From NCBI RefSeq assembly GCF_965227415.1, contig NZ_OZ245749.1, positions 155,653 through 219,652 of the forward strand: a stretch of 64,000 bases of DNA, given 5' to 3'. Positions 29,179 to 38,348 of the stretch are shown piece after piece; position 1 is the first letter of the stretch, and each line of letters opens with the position of its first letter. The notes below the pieces were generated by a model that ran no database searches, was not told where the DNA came from, and worked only from the letters and a program-made list of their open reading frames with translations. Position numbers and translations under genes: made by a program. Origin of the DNA: Sphingopyxis sp. (GTDB lineage: Bacteria; Pseudomonadota; Alphaproteobacteria; Sphingomonadales; Sphingomonadaceae).

Positions 29179-29580
29179 CCGTCTATAGAGTCCGATCTGG
29201 TCGGCGCAGGTTGATTTTGCGATCGCCGCGCAGACGTAGACTTGAATCATTTTGCACGGCTGTTTCGGCTCGAGCCCGGCGGAGAGATTGCGCCCGGCAG
29301 CGGCGCAGATTCTTCTAATGGCGAATGCTCGGGAGGTCCGCGAACGTCCGCCATGCTGACAAACCCGCAGGAGCGGACGGTCTTCAATTGGCCACTGCCG
29401 GACGGACGGAGCGTGCTCTACCCGCAAAGTCGTCAGCGAACGCGAAGCGCTACAGTGTGGAAAAAATAGCTGCTTTCACAGCGATAGACTCGCGCTTTGC
29501 GCAGAGTTTTCCGACCCAATTCGCGGCCGGTCTCGACCTGGCTCCAGGCTGGAATAAATTTCACGATGATTTCATGGAAA

Positions 29581-29625
29581 TGGTGGACGCACTAGGGCTC
29601 GAACCTAGGACCCGCTGATTAAGAG
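29581..29625 (-). pseudogene. tRNA-Lys(CUU) 3' fragment (anticodon loop to CCA), att-like remnant
   Basis: The minus strand reads CTCTTAA-TCAGC-GGGTC-CTAGG-TTCGAGC-CCTAG-TGCGTCC-A-CCA. The T arm, acceptor 3' strand and CCA are intact. No D arm and no 5' acceptor strand follow. Confidence 0.7.
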
Positions 29626-29851
29626 GCCGCTAATTCATTTAAATAAATCAGGTACTTAGCTGCATTCGTGTACGGTTTGAATGACAACGAAAGATAAGGA
29701 ATGACGTCGAGCAACAACTAGCGACGTCACGAAATCACCTACATTCTGTCCCGGTTCGATTGGCGACTTTGCGCCCTATTCTGTTGAAAAACTCCCGCTT
29801 GCAGTGAGGCGCGGGGAATGATTCAGTTGTCTTGTTATCGGGAGACGGCAG

Positions 29852-30075
29852 ATGATGGGCGAGCGGACGGTGATGCAGGAGGCGCTGTTTTACAGCTTCA
29901 GCCTCGAGGATCATGTTCCGGCGGACCACCTGCTGCGCTCGGTCGACCGGTTCGTGGATCTCGGCGGTCTGCGCGAGCATCTGCGCCCCTATTATAGCGA
30001 GACGGGTCGGCCCTCGATCGACCCGGAGCTGATGATCCGGATGCTGGTCGTCGGCTATTGCATGGGCACCCGACA
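29852..30075 (+). pseudogene. IS5/IS1182-type transposase, N-terminal (DUF772) fragment only
   Basis: GERTVMQEALFYSFSLEDHVPADHLLRSVDRFVDLGGLREHLRPYYSETGRPSIDPELMIRMLVVGYC is the conserved transposase N-terminus. Similarity is lost near 30070 and the remainder is absent. Confidence 0.75.
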
Positions 30076-30081
30076 ATCGCG

Positions 30082-30954
30082 TCAAGGAGGTGACGACCGC
30101 GCGCCGAGATTTCGTGCCGCGGCCACCGTATTGCTGAGAAGGCAAGCAATCGTCATCGGTCCCACGCCGCCAGGCACGGGTGTAACCGCCTTTGCATGCT
30201 CAAGTTCGTGCGTCGCGCAATCTCCGACAATCTTCGTGGAACCGTCATGATCGCGCATCCGCGTGATGCCGACATCAATCACGATCGCACCCGGCTTGAT
30301 CCAATAGCCTCTGACAAGATGGGGCGCTCCGGCCGCCGCGATAACGACATCCGCGGCGCGCGCGATATCCGGAAGATTGCGCGTCTCGATATGCGTGACG
30401 GTAACCGTGGCCTCCCGCTCGAGCAGGAGCATGGCGACCGGTTTCCCGACAATGTTCGACTTGCCGATCACGACGACGTTGAGACCGCGATAATCCTCGA
30501 TGACACTATCGAGCAGCATCATGATCCCGAGCGGCGTGCACGGCACAAGCCCGCCAGTCCCCGTCGACAGCCGGCCGACATTCACCGGATGAAACCCGTC
30601 GACATCCTTCTCGGGCGCAATCCGGTCGAGGATGGCGCTCGCGTCGAACGCCGCCGGCAGCGGAAGCTGGACAAGAATGCCGTGGACGCCTGCGTCCCGA
30701 TTGAGATCTTCGATCAGCGACATGAGGGTGGCCTCGTCGCAATCTCCGGCGAGGCGATGCTCGATCGAACGAATGCCGGCTTTGGCGCACTGAACGATCT
30801 TCCGCTGAACATAGACCTCGCTCGCCGCGTCATTCCCCACGAGCACCACGGCAAGCGAAGGAGAAATACCGTCCGCCTCGAGTTCGGCGACCGCGATAGC
30901 GGTTCGCTCGACCAGCTCGCGTGCCATCGCCCGGCCATCGATCAGCACACTCAT
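30082..30954 (-). CDS. folD: Bifunctional methylene-THF dehydrogenase / methenyl-THF cyclohydrolase
   Basis: LAVVLVGNDAASEVYVQRK, HGILVQLPLP, KDVDGFHP and VVIGKSNIVGKPVAMLL motifs. Confidence 0.9.
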   Translation of the reverse strand: MSVLIDGRAMARELVERTAIAVAELEADGISPSLAVVLVGNDAASEVYVQRKIVQCAKAGIRSIEHRLAGDCDEATLMSLIEDLNRDAGVHGILVQLPLPAAFDASAILDRIAPEKDVDGFHPVNVGRLSTGTGGLVPCTPLGIMMLLDSVIEDYRGLNVVVIGKSNIVGKPVAMLLLEREATVTVTHIETRNLPDIARAADVVIAAAGAPHLVRGYWIKPGAIVIDVGITRMRDHDGSTKIVGDCATHELEHAKAVTPVPGGVGPMTIACLLSNTVAAARNLGARSSPP

Positions 30955-30958
30955 TGGT

Positions 30959-31816
30959 TCAACTCCTGAATACGACCGTACGTGCGCCATTCACAAAGAC
31001 CCTGTCTTCGAGATGCAGCCGTACAGCTTCGGCGAGCACGCGCCGCTCGACGTCGCGGCCCTTGCGAACGAGATCCTCGGGCGTGTCGGCATGTCCTGCC
31101 CACTCCACATCCTGGTGAATGATCGGCCCTTCGTCGAGATCTTCGGTCACATAATGTCCGGTCGCACCGATCATTTTGACCCCCCGGTCATGGGCCTGGT
31201 GGTAGGGTTTTGCGCCCTTGAAACCCGGCAGGAAACTGTGATGGATGTTAATGCAGCGTCCCGCCAGGAAGGAGGCCAGATCGTCGGACAATATCTGCAT
31301 GTACCGCGCCAGCACCACCAGGTCGGCCCCCGTGGAGGTCACGATATCCTTGATCGCGCTCTCCTGCCTCGCTTTCGTCTCTTTGGTGACCGGCAGAAAG
31401 TGATACGGAATATCACCCAACAAAGATGTGTGAAGCACCTCGCGCGGATGGTTCGAGATGATCGCGACGACGTCCATCGCGAGCTCGCCGAGCCGGTGGC
31501 GATATAGCAGGTCGGCAAGGCAATGGTCCCACTTCGACACCATCAAAATTACCTTCTTCTGCAAATTCTCCGCGCGAAGCGACCACTCCATATTCGCAGC
31601 CTGGGCAATGGGCGCGAAATGGGTGCCGAGCGCCTCGCTCGTGTCGGCAGGGGCGGCATCGAACGCGATGCGCATGAAGAAACGACCGTTGAGCTTGTCG
31701 TTGAACTGTTGAGCATCGGTTATATTCGCCCCGCGCTCGGCGAGAAATAACGCGGCCGTCGAAACGAGACCGGGTCGGTCGGGACTTTGAAGCCTCAGAA
31801 TGAAGTTGTTGGCCAT
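30959..31816 (-). CDS. purU: Formyltetrahydrofolate deformylase
   Basis: N-terminal ACT domain ([25 protein letters not shown]) plus a formyltransferase core ([10 protein letters not shown]...[20 protein letters not shown]). Confidence 0.9.
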   Translation of the reverse strand: MANNFILRLQSPDRPGLVSTAALFLAERGANITDAQQFNDKLNGRFFMRIAFDAAPADTSEALGTHFAPIAQAANMEWSLRAENLQKKVILMVSKWDHCLADLLYRHRLGELAMDVVAIISNHPREVLHTSLLGDIPYHFLPVTKETKARQESAIKDIVTSTGADLVVLARYMQILSDDLASFLAGRCINIHHSFLPGFKGAKPYHQAHDRGVKMIGATGHYVTEDLDEGPIIHQDVEWAGHADTPEDLVRKGRDVERRVLAEAVRLHLEDRVFVNGARTVVFRS

Positions 31817-31864
31817 CTATTTCTCCGGTCGAGCGGGCGCTGGCGACGCTCTTCAAGGCGTGGT

Positions 31865-31935
31865 GATGTCGGGCTCCTGTCGGGGATATCGCCCGCCCTT
31901 CATCGAAGCGGAGCGGGGCGATATGTTCCGACATC
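31865..31935 (-). promoter_or_regulatory. Structured 5' leader candidate upstream of purU-folD
   Basis: Nested pairing: GATGTCGG (31865-31872) with CCGACATC (31928-31935), and ATATCGCCC (31886-31894) with GGGCGATAT (31916-31924). Sits 49-119 nt upstream of the purU ATG. Confidence 0.3.
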
Positions 31936-32538
31936 CGTTGTCGCGCTCTCGCGCAACCCAATCGACCTGGCCAATCAATTCGCCAAACATGACATAAGAA
32001 TTTACGAAGATAGCTTGGTACTAAATGTCGCCCGCTGGTGAGCCCAGCCTAGGGGCGGCCGGAGGGAATAGGTTGAGGACTTGGTGCGATGACCGACGCG
32101 CGGTCGACGCCTGGGCATTTGAGGCCGAGTCGATCGCCATTTTCATGGTCACGCTCCCCGGGAGGCGAGGGGAGCGATGCCTATCGCCGAGCGGCCTTCT
32201 TCTCACGTCAGGGCCGGGATGGTTCGCAGGACGGAAAATGCTCCATGTGCGTTCGGCTCGCAGACGCTGGGATGTTGCCGCGCGTGTCGAGCTTAGAGCG
32301 CTGGCGGCGCGACCGAATGACAGGCCGCGCAAGACCTGCTGTCTGCTGACGGTTTTGCCGGATCGGTATCCGGAGTCACATGGCTGCCGGGCATTGGAAT
32401 GCAAACTTGCCGGCGGTCTTCATCGGCATCGTGAACTGTCTCTCGCATCCGGGGGAACCGCCAAGTCTAATCATAAGCTTTGACGAATAATGCTAGCGCG
32501 CGATTGGCCGATCCCATATGCAGGACGCGTGATCGGGA

Positions 32539-33012
32539 ATGGCCCGGCCGAGAAGATGCATGGAGGAGTCTGCCGTGAGCCAGTCCAGGGATGAGCACCT
32601 GCTCTATCGTCTCCCCGGATATCTTCTGCGTCGCGCGGCGCAGGCGTGGATGGGCCGACTTGCCGAGCGACTTTCCGCGCTTGACCTCAGGATTTCCGAT
32701 GCGTCGGCTCTTTTGCTCATTGGTGAGCGCAAGGACATGACGTCGAGCGAGATCGGAAAGAACCTCGACATCAAACGCGCGAACATGGTGCCGCTGCTCG
32801 GCCGCCTGGAAGCGCGCGGATTGATCGTGCGGGCGCCCATTGACCGGAAGTCGCAGGCGGTCGTCCTGACACGCGCGGGGCGCGACTATCTTAAGAAAGT
32901 CCGGGTGATTACATCGGGTCTGGAACAGGATCTTCTTGCCGCGATACCGGATCCGCACCGTGATCATTTCATACCCTCGATGCGCGCGCTGTTGGAGATC
33001 GACCCGGAATAG
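32539..33012 (+). CDS. MarR family transcriptional regulator
   Basis: LLIGERKDMTSSEIGKNLDIKRANMVPLLGRLEARGLIVRAPIDRKSQAVVLTRAG is a winged-helix MarR core. The Met at 32560 is an alternative start. Confidence 0.85.
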   Translation: MARPRRCMEESAVSQSRDEHLLYRLPGYLLRRAAQAWMGRLAERLSALDLRISDASALLLIGERKDMTSSEIGKNLDIKRANMVPLLGRLEARGLIVRAPIDRKSQAVVLTRAGRDYLKKVRVITSGLEQDLLAAIPDPHRDHFIPSMRALLEIDPE

Positions 33013-33026
33013 GGCGCGAGCCTCGG

Positions 33027-34550
33027 TCAAGGGGCAATCGCCTGCCCCTCTTCGAAGATGGCGCGCAAGATGTGCTTTTGCGGCTTGCCCGCCCCGTTCC
33101 GCGGGATCGTCTCGCTGGCGATAACATGCGCTGGAACCTTGAATTTGGCCAGCGACCGAGCGCAGGCGGCGATGACCTCGTCGGCGCGAACATCCCCCAC
33201 GACAAAGGCGCAGGCCACTTCGCCCCAGCGCGGGTTGGGCACGCCGACCACGGCCACTTCGACGACGCCGGGCATTTCGGCGATCACGCTTTCTATTTCA
33301 GCCGGATAAACATTTTCGCCGCCGGAGATGAACATGTCCTTCTTGCGATCAACAATGAAATGGAAGCCCTGCTCATTGACGCTTCCAATGTCGCCCGTAC
33401 GCATCCACCCGTCCCGAAACAGCGCAGCCGTTTCGTCGGGCCGACGCCAGTAGCCGGGTGTTACCGTAGGACCGCGGACCCAGATTTCTCCCGGTTGCCC
33501 GGGCGGGAGGTCCGCGCCGTCGTCGTCGCATATGCGAACGGCACCAAAAAAGGGCTGCCGCCCGCATGAACCGGGAAATCGCTCCAACGCAGCGGGATCG
33601 GTAGCCGACATGCTCATGAAGCCGCCAATCTCGGACATGCCGAACCCGATCAGCAACGGGAGCCCGCGATCATGCCAGCACTGGAGGAGTTCCGCCGTGC
33701 TAGGCGCGCCGCCGACACCGACACTGACGAGACGCGAGCCGTCGAACTCCGAGAATTCCGGACGTTGACGCAACTGGTCGATCATCTGCGGTACGCCGCA
33801 ATAATGGGTGGCATCGCTCAGGCGCGACAAGGTCTTCGCCGGATCGAAGCCGGCCGACATAAGGACGGTCCCGCCGCCAGCCAGCGATGCCCGGCACATC
33901 ACCAGCAATCCGATGACGTGGAACAGAGGCGCATCGCACAGCGCGCGCGACCTCGGCCCGCGATCCGAAGCGAACACGAGGTTCAGCGAGCTGTAGTAGA
34001 TGCTGCGCTCGTTATGGATAACCCCCTTGGGTCGTCCCGTAGTCCCCGAAGTATAAAGCAGAAGACATGGCTGTTCCGGATCGCGGGCGGGGCCGCTCTT
34101 CGAAAATGGGGCGCTCCCGAGACCGGCCTCTACCCGGCAGTCGATCTGGGCGCGGGCGGCCGCGTCGGCTGCGGTGTCCCGGAAGTCGGGGCCGGCGACG
34201 ATGATCGCGGGTTCGCAATCGGCGAGGATCGCGGAGAGCTCGGGCGCGGCGAGGCGCCAGTTGAGAGGGACGAAGATGCGTCCCGACCGCGAGCAGGCGA
34301 GATGGGCGACCAACATGTCGACGCTATTGCGCCCGAGCCATGCCAGTCGGGCCCCCTCGTCGATTTGGTTCGCCAGCCAGCCGGCGGCAGCATCGACCAA
34401 CGCATCCAGCTTATGGTAGCTGTATTCGGCGCCCGTTTCGCAGTCGATACACGCCAGGCGGTCGGGAGCGCTGCGCGCGTGCTGCGCAACCCCGTCGAAG
34501 TCTGAAACGGTAACGGCATGCACCGGCACGCCGCCTGCGGATTTCGTCAT
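33027..34550 (-). CDS. AMP-dependent acyl-CoA synthetase (feruloyl-CoA synthetase candidate by context)
   Basis: LLYTSGTTGRPKGV (AMP-binding motif), GDIG...DRKKDMFISGGENVYPAEIE, and the terminal KFKVP...GK. GGAGAGG RBS precedes the Met at 34550. Confidence 0.8.
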   Translation of the reverse strand: MTKSAGGVPVHAVTVSDFDGVAQHARSAPDRLACIDCETGAEYSYHKLDALVDAAAGWLANQIDEGARLAWLGRNSVDMLVAHLACSRSGRIFVPLNWRLAAPELSAILADCEPAIIVAGPDFRDTAADAAARAQIDCRVEAGLGSAPFSKSGPARDPEQPCLLLYTSGTTGRPKGVIHNERSIYYSSLNLVFASDRGPRSRALCDAPLFHVIGLLVMCRASLAGGGTVLMSAGFDPAKTLSRLSDATHYCGVPQMIDQLRQRPEFSEFDGSRLVSVGVGGAPSTAELLQCWHDRGLPLLIGFGMSEIGGFMSMSATDPAALERFPGSCGRQPFFGAVRICDDDGADLPPGQPGEIWVRGPTVTPGYWRRPDETAALFRDGWMRTGDIGSVNEQGFHFIVDRKKDMFISGGENVYPAEIESVIAEMPGVVEVAVVGVPNPRWGEVACAFVVGDVRADEVIAACARSLAKFKVPAHVIASETIPRNGAGKPQKHILRAIFEEGQAIAP

Positions 34551-34640
34551 GTTCCTCTCCAATGCTTCGGGCCGGCGGTTATTCTGTCCCTCGTTTCGCG
34601 AGAGCAAGCTCGGCCCATTCGGGTGGACGCGGCGGCCGGC

Positions 34641-35942
34641 CTAGATGGCGTCGTTGCGGTCCTCGGTCAGATAGGGGTAGCGCTCGACGACGGCGCGAAC
34701 CGGCTTGATGCGCGATCCATGGTCGCCCCACATCACCGTGACCTCGTTTCCTATGCGGGCCTCGTCGATATCGATACAGCCCATGGAGAGGACTTCGCGG
34801 TAGTGGTAGCTGTAGACAGTGCCGGACGAATAGCCGATCGGCCGGCCGTCCTTGAGGAGATGGTCGGCGTGACCAAGGACGCCTTCCTTCCATGTAGGCG
34901 ACGACGGCAGGTCGAGCGTCTTATACGGTTCCCCGGGCTTCAGAAGTGACGCGTGGATGTCGAGAACATCCTCGGGGTGCCAGCGCAGCGTGACGGCGGT
35001 GCGACGCGGATTGGCGGCTTCGGCTTCGAGAGCCTTGCGGCCGATGAATTCATGGTCGAACTTCGTCGTCGATTGCCAGTTGACCTCGAACGGCGAGCGG
35101 TAACGGGCGCGCATGTCGGCGGGATCGACGCTGCCGCTGATATGAGCCGGAAAATCCCGGTTGCCGACAAAGTCCCGGTAGCCTTGATCCTCAAGATCGG
35201 CGGGCCGGAACGTCCAATTCTGCTGCGGAAAGCCACCCTCGATATGATTGACGAGATAGGTTCGCCAGCCGAGGCGCTGGATACCATGATCCTGGCCGGC
35301 GCGAAAAATTGCATCATAGACCTCCGGCCCGTCCGAAACCGGAACCCGCACTTCATAGGCGAGATTTCCCGACATGCCGAGCCGCGCGATTTCCACCTGC
35401 TTGCCGCCGATGGTCGCATGGCGATAACGCAGGAAGCGGATGTCGGAAAGCTCTTCTCCGGCAGCGCGTTCGAGCGTTGCCAGCGAGGTCGGGCCCGCTA
35501 CCTGGAAGATGCTGATATCGACCATCGCCCGCTTCACGTCGAAGCCTGACTTGGCAAGCTGGTAAATCGGCCATGGTCCCGCCGCAAAGAATGTCAGCAC
35601 ATCTTCCTGATCGCGTTGCAGCACCCCATGGGCGGCGATCAGCCCTTGCTCGTTGCACATGACCGCATGTTTCATCGCGCCGATCGAGAATTTCGCAAAG
35701 CTGTTCGTCGAAATGGATTCAAAGAACGGGACAGCGTCGCGGCCGGTAAAGCGAATGGTTGGAAGGCTGCTCAGCCCGGCGTGGATGTAGCACCCGTTTT
35801 TCCACGAGAGGCTTTCCTTCTTCCAGCCATCGAACTCCCAGGCGAATATACGGCCCGCCAAAGCCAGGTAAGTGATGGGTTCGTCATAATAAGGCAGACC
35901 GCGAAGGTCCTTGAACGGGCCGGTTTCCATTATCTTGTCCAT
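34641..35942 (-). CDS. Aminomethyltransferase-fold (GcvT family) protein, THF-dependent aryl O-demethylase-like (LigM/DesA type)
   Basis: GcvT-like fold signatures (FQVAGPTSLATLE, RLGMSGNLAYEVRV, GWRTYLVNHIEGGFPQ), about 433 aa. Sits between ech and the CoA ligase and near folD/purU. Confidence 0.75.
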   Translation of the reverse strand: MDKIMETGPFKDLRGLPYYDEPITYLALAGRIFAWEFDGWKKESLSWKNGCYIHAGLSSLPTIRFTGRDAVPFFESISTNSFAKFSIGAMKHAVMCNEQGLIAAHGVLQRDQEDVLTFFAAGPWPIYQLAKSGFDVKRAMVDISIFQVAGPTSLATLERAAGEELSDIRFLRYRHATIGGKQVEIARLGMSGNLAYEVRVPVSDGPEVYDAIFRAGQDHGIQRLGWRTYLVNHIEGGFPQQNWTFRPADLEDQGYRDFVGNRDFPAHISGSVDPADMRARYRSPFEVNWQSTTKFDHEFIGRKALEAEAANPRRTAVTLRWHPEDVLDIHASLLKPGEPYKTLDLPSSPTWKEGVLGHADHLLKDGRPIGYSSGTVYSYHYREVLSMGCIDIDEARIGNEVTVMWGDHGSRIKPVRAVVERYPYLTEDRNDAI

Positions 35943-35971
35943 TCTCGAATATCTGGGTGGCGCCGGGGCGA

Positions 35972-36820
35972 TCAGCGGCCGATCTTGGCGGTGTCGAACG
36001 TGCCTAGGCCCGGCTTGAAGGACTTTTCGTCCAGGAACTGGCGTGTCGCTTCCTTTCGGGCTTCCACGCCGCCGAAGCTGTGAAGGGCTTCCTGCGCGCG
36101 CACCAGATAGTCTTCGGCGTTGTCATAAGTCATTTCGACAACCCGGCGGACGGCCCATTTTGTCGCGCGCAGCGACTGTGCATCTTTCTTTTCGAGCGCA
36201 GCCGCGATTTCGCGGACGCGGGCTTCCAGCCGTTCGGCGGGGACCGCCTCGGTGACAAGGCCCTGTTCCTCCGCCTGGCGCCCCGAGAGGTTCTCGCCCA
36301 TCATGGCATGGTAAATCGCCTTGCGAAGCGGCATGAGATCCGCAACGACTTTCGAGGCGCCGCCGCCAGGCAGAATGCCCCAGTTGATTTCCGACAGGCC
36401 GAACTGGGCCGCTTCGTCGGCAATCGCGATATCGCAGGCAAAGAGCGGGCCGTAGCCGCCGCCGAAGCACCATCCGTTGACCATTGCGATCGTCGGCTTC
36501 TCGAACCAGCGCAGCCGCTCCCACCAACCATAAGCTTCGCGCTGGGCCCGGCGGATCGCACCCAGGCCTTCGGCCTCGGTTTCACGGAAATATTCCTTGA
36601 GATCCATCCCGGCCGACCAGGCCTCGCCCGCGCCGGCAAGCACAAGGACGCGCACATCGTCGCGAAATTCGACGTCTTCGATGATCCTTCGCATCTGGCG
36701 GTTCAGCTTGGGGCTCATGCAATTACGCTTCTCGGGGCGGTTGAACCGCACCCAGGCAATGCCTTCGCTCACTTCAAGAGAAACTGTGTCGGCTTCCGCG
36801 CGTTCGCTGCTCATCGTCAT
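35972..36820 (-). CDS. ech: Hydroxycinnamoyl-CoA (feruloyl-CoA) hydratase/lyase
   Basis: Close to my memory of Pseudomonas HCHL: GIAWV.FNRPEKRN.MSP.LN..M, GAGEAWSAGMDLKEYFRE, KPTIAMVNGWCFGGG, FGLSEINWGI.PGG, and C-terminal QFLDEKSFKPGL. Confidence 0.9.
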   Translation of the reverse strand: MTMSSERAEADTVSLEVSEGIAWVRFNRPEKRNCMSPKLNRQMRRIIEDVEFRDDVRVLVLAGAGEAWSAGMDLKEYFRETEAEGLGAIRRAQREAYGWWERLRWFEKPTIAMVNGWCFGGGYGPLFACDIAIADEAAQFGLSEINWGILPGGGASKVVADLMPLRKAIYHAMMGENLSGRQAEEQGLVTEAVPAERLEARVREIAAALEKKDAQSLRATKWAVRRVVEMTYDNAEDYLVRAQEALHSFGGVEARKEATRQFLDEKSFKPGLGTFDTAKIGR

Positions 36821-36829
36821 TCCTTCTGT

Positions 36830-38227
36830 TCAAATGGGATAATGTCCGGGCTGGCTCTCAATCGTGATCCAGCGCAGCTCGGTGAAACTGTCTATGCCGG
36901 CCTTGCCGCCGAAACGGCCGTATCCGGACGCGCCCACCCCGCCGAAGGGCATCTGCGCCTCGTCGTGCACGGTGGGGCCGTTGACGTGGCAGATGCCCGA
37001 TCGGATCCGGCGGGCGACGGCGAGCCCTCGCGCCGCATCGCGTGTGAAAACGGCGGCCGACAGGCCATAGTCGCTATCGTTCGCCACGCGGACGGCGTCC
37101 TCCTCGTCACGAACGCGAATGATGGCGACGACGGGACCGAAACTTTCATCGCCATAGATGGCCATGCCCTTCGAGACCCGGTCGATGACGGTCGCAGGCA
37201 TCAGCACATTTTCCGCCGGGCCGCCGCTGCGCAGTACCGCGCCCTTCGCGAGCGCGTCGGCGATGAGCGCATTTACATGGGTAACGGTGCGCATGTCTAC
37301 GACGGCTCCAAGCGGGGCGCCGTCTTGCCTCGGGTCGCCGGTGGGCATCGTCGCAACCTTGGCTGCAAAGCGGTCGCAAAAAGCGTCGGCGATCGCGTCG
37401 ACGAGGATAATGCGCTCGGTCGACATGCAAATCTGCCCCTGATTCATGAACGCCCCGAAGGCGGCGGCCTTTACCGCCTCGTCGAGATCGGCATCTTCGA
37501 GAACGATCAGCGGTGCCTTGCCGCCAAGCTCGAGTATACAGGGCTTGAGATGGTCTGCGGCTCGACGCGCGATGATGCGCCCGACGCCCGTCGAGCCGGT
37601 GAAATTGATGCGCCTGATTTCGGGCGCGTCGATCAGCGCGCCGACGACATCGGCCGCCTGCTCCTGCGCGTTCGAGACATAGTTTACGACGCCTTCGGGA
37701 AAGCCGGCATCGGCGAAGGCGTCGACGATGAGCCCATGGGTCCGCGGACATAGTTCCGAGCCCTTTAGAATGACGCAGTTCCCGCAGGCGAGCGGCACGG
37801 CGATTGCGCGAACGCCGAGAATTATCGGAGCGTTCCAAGGCGCGATCCCGAGGATGACCCCCACGGGCTCCTTGAGGGCCATCGCGAGGCAACCGGGTTT
37901 GTCCGACGGGATGACTTCCCCAGAAATCTGCGTCGTCAGCGCTGCCGCCTCGCGAAGCATCGACGCCGCGAGGTTAAGGTTGAACATGGCCCAGCCCCGC
38001 GTGGCGCCGATTTCGCTCGTCATCGCCTCGACGAAGTCGTCGCCGCGTGCCTCGAGTGCTGCGGCCGCCTTCATCAGGAGGGCGCGTCTCGCGTTGGGGC
38101 CGGTGGCTGCCCAAGCCGGGAAGGCGGCCGCTGCACGGGCTGCCACCGCGGGCATGTCGGAGGCAGGCATCGCCTGCGCGCGGGACGCGACTGCGCCCGT
38201 AAGCGGGTTCGTGCGCTCGAAAATCAT
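36830..38227 (-). CDS. vdh: Vanillin (aromatic aldehyde) dehydrogenase
   Basis: ALDH family with GILGIAPWNAPIILGVRAIAVPLACGNCVILKGSE, ELGGKAP and the catalytic Cys in QGQICMSTERI. Strong resemblance to Vdh/salicylaldehyde DH. GGGAGAG RBS precedes the Met at 38227. Confidence 0.85.
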   Translation of the reverse strand: MIFERTNPLTGAVASRAQAMPASDMPAVAARAAAAFPAWAATGPNARRALLMKAAAALEARGDDFVEAMTSEIGATRGWAMFNLNLAASMLREAAALTTQISGEVIPSDKPGCLAMALKEPVGVILGIAPWNAPIILGVRAIAVPLACGNCVILKGSELCPRTHGLIVDAFADAGFPEGVVNYVSNAQEQAADVVGALIDAPEIRRINFTGSTGVGRIIARRAADHLKPCILELGGKAPLIVLEDADLDEAVKAAAFGAFMNQGQICMSTERIILVDAIADAFCDRFAAKVATMPTGDPRQDGAPLGAVVDMRTVTHVNALIADALAKGAVLRSGGPAENVLMPATVIDRVSKGMAIYGDESFGPVVAIIRVRDEEDAVRVANDSDYGLSAAVFTRDAARGLAVARRIRSGICHVNGPTVHDEAQMPFGGVGASGYGRFGGKAGIDSFTELRWITIESQPGHYPI

Positions 38228-38250
38228 CTGGCTCTCCCAAGTGGTGAAAG

Positions 38251-38299
38251 CCCAATAGCAATTTTTTGCTATATGGAATAGCAAAAAATTGCTATTGGG
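38251..38299. promoter_or_regulatory. Perfect 22-bp inverted repeat (operator candidate) in the vdh / thiolase divergent promoter region
   Basis: CCCAATAGCAATTTTTTGCTAT-atgga-ATAGCAAAAAATTGCTATTGGG. It is centred in the 121-bp intergenic gap. Confidence 0.7.
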
Positions 38300-38348
38300 C
38301 GATTGTCGTCGTCCGGTGGAGGGGACGGCAAGCCAAGGGGAGAATGGC

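Noticed and set aside
29581-29656. An intact tRNA-Lys gene.
   Set aside because: The sequence 5' of the anticodon loop (minus strand) is AT-rich. It lacks GGACGCA to pair with the acceptor 3' strand and has no D arm, and the anticodon stem pairs at only 3 of 5 positions. It is called a fragment.
31817-32020. A ZTP (pfl) riboswitch, which would be expected upstream of purU/folD.
   Set aside because: I could not find the GACUGGCG / CCGGGGAGC core or the CCGCCUGGGC pseudoknot strand on the minus strand. The region is reported only as an unclassified structured leader.
32021-32483. ORFs 32025..32483 (+) and 32021..32404 (-), or a structured RNA gene (RNase P, tmRNA or cobalamin riboswitch checked by eye).
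   Set aside because: The peptides are non-protein-like. None of the conserved RNA signatures I can recall (GAGGAAAGUCCGG, B12 box, tmRNA ends) is present.
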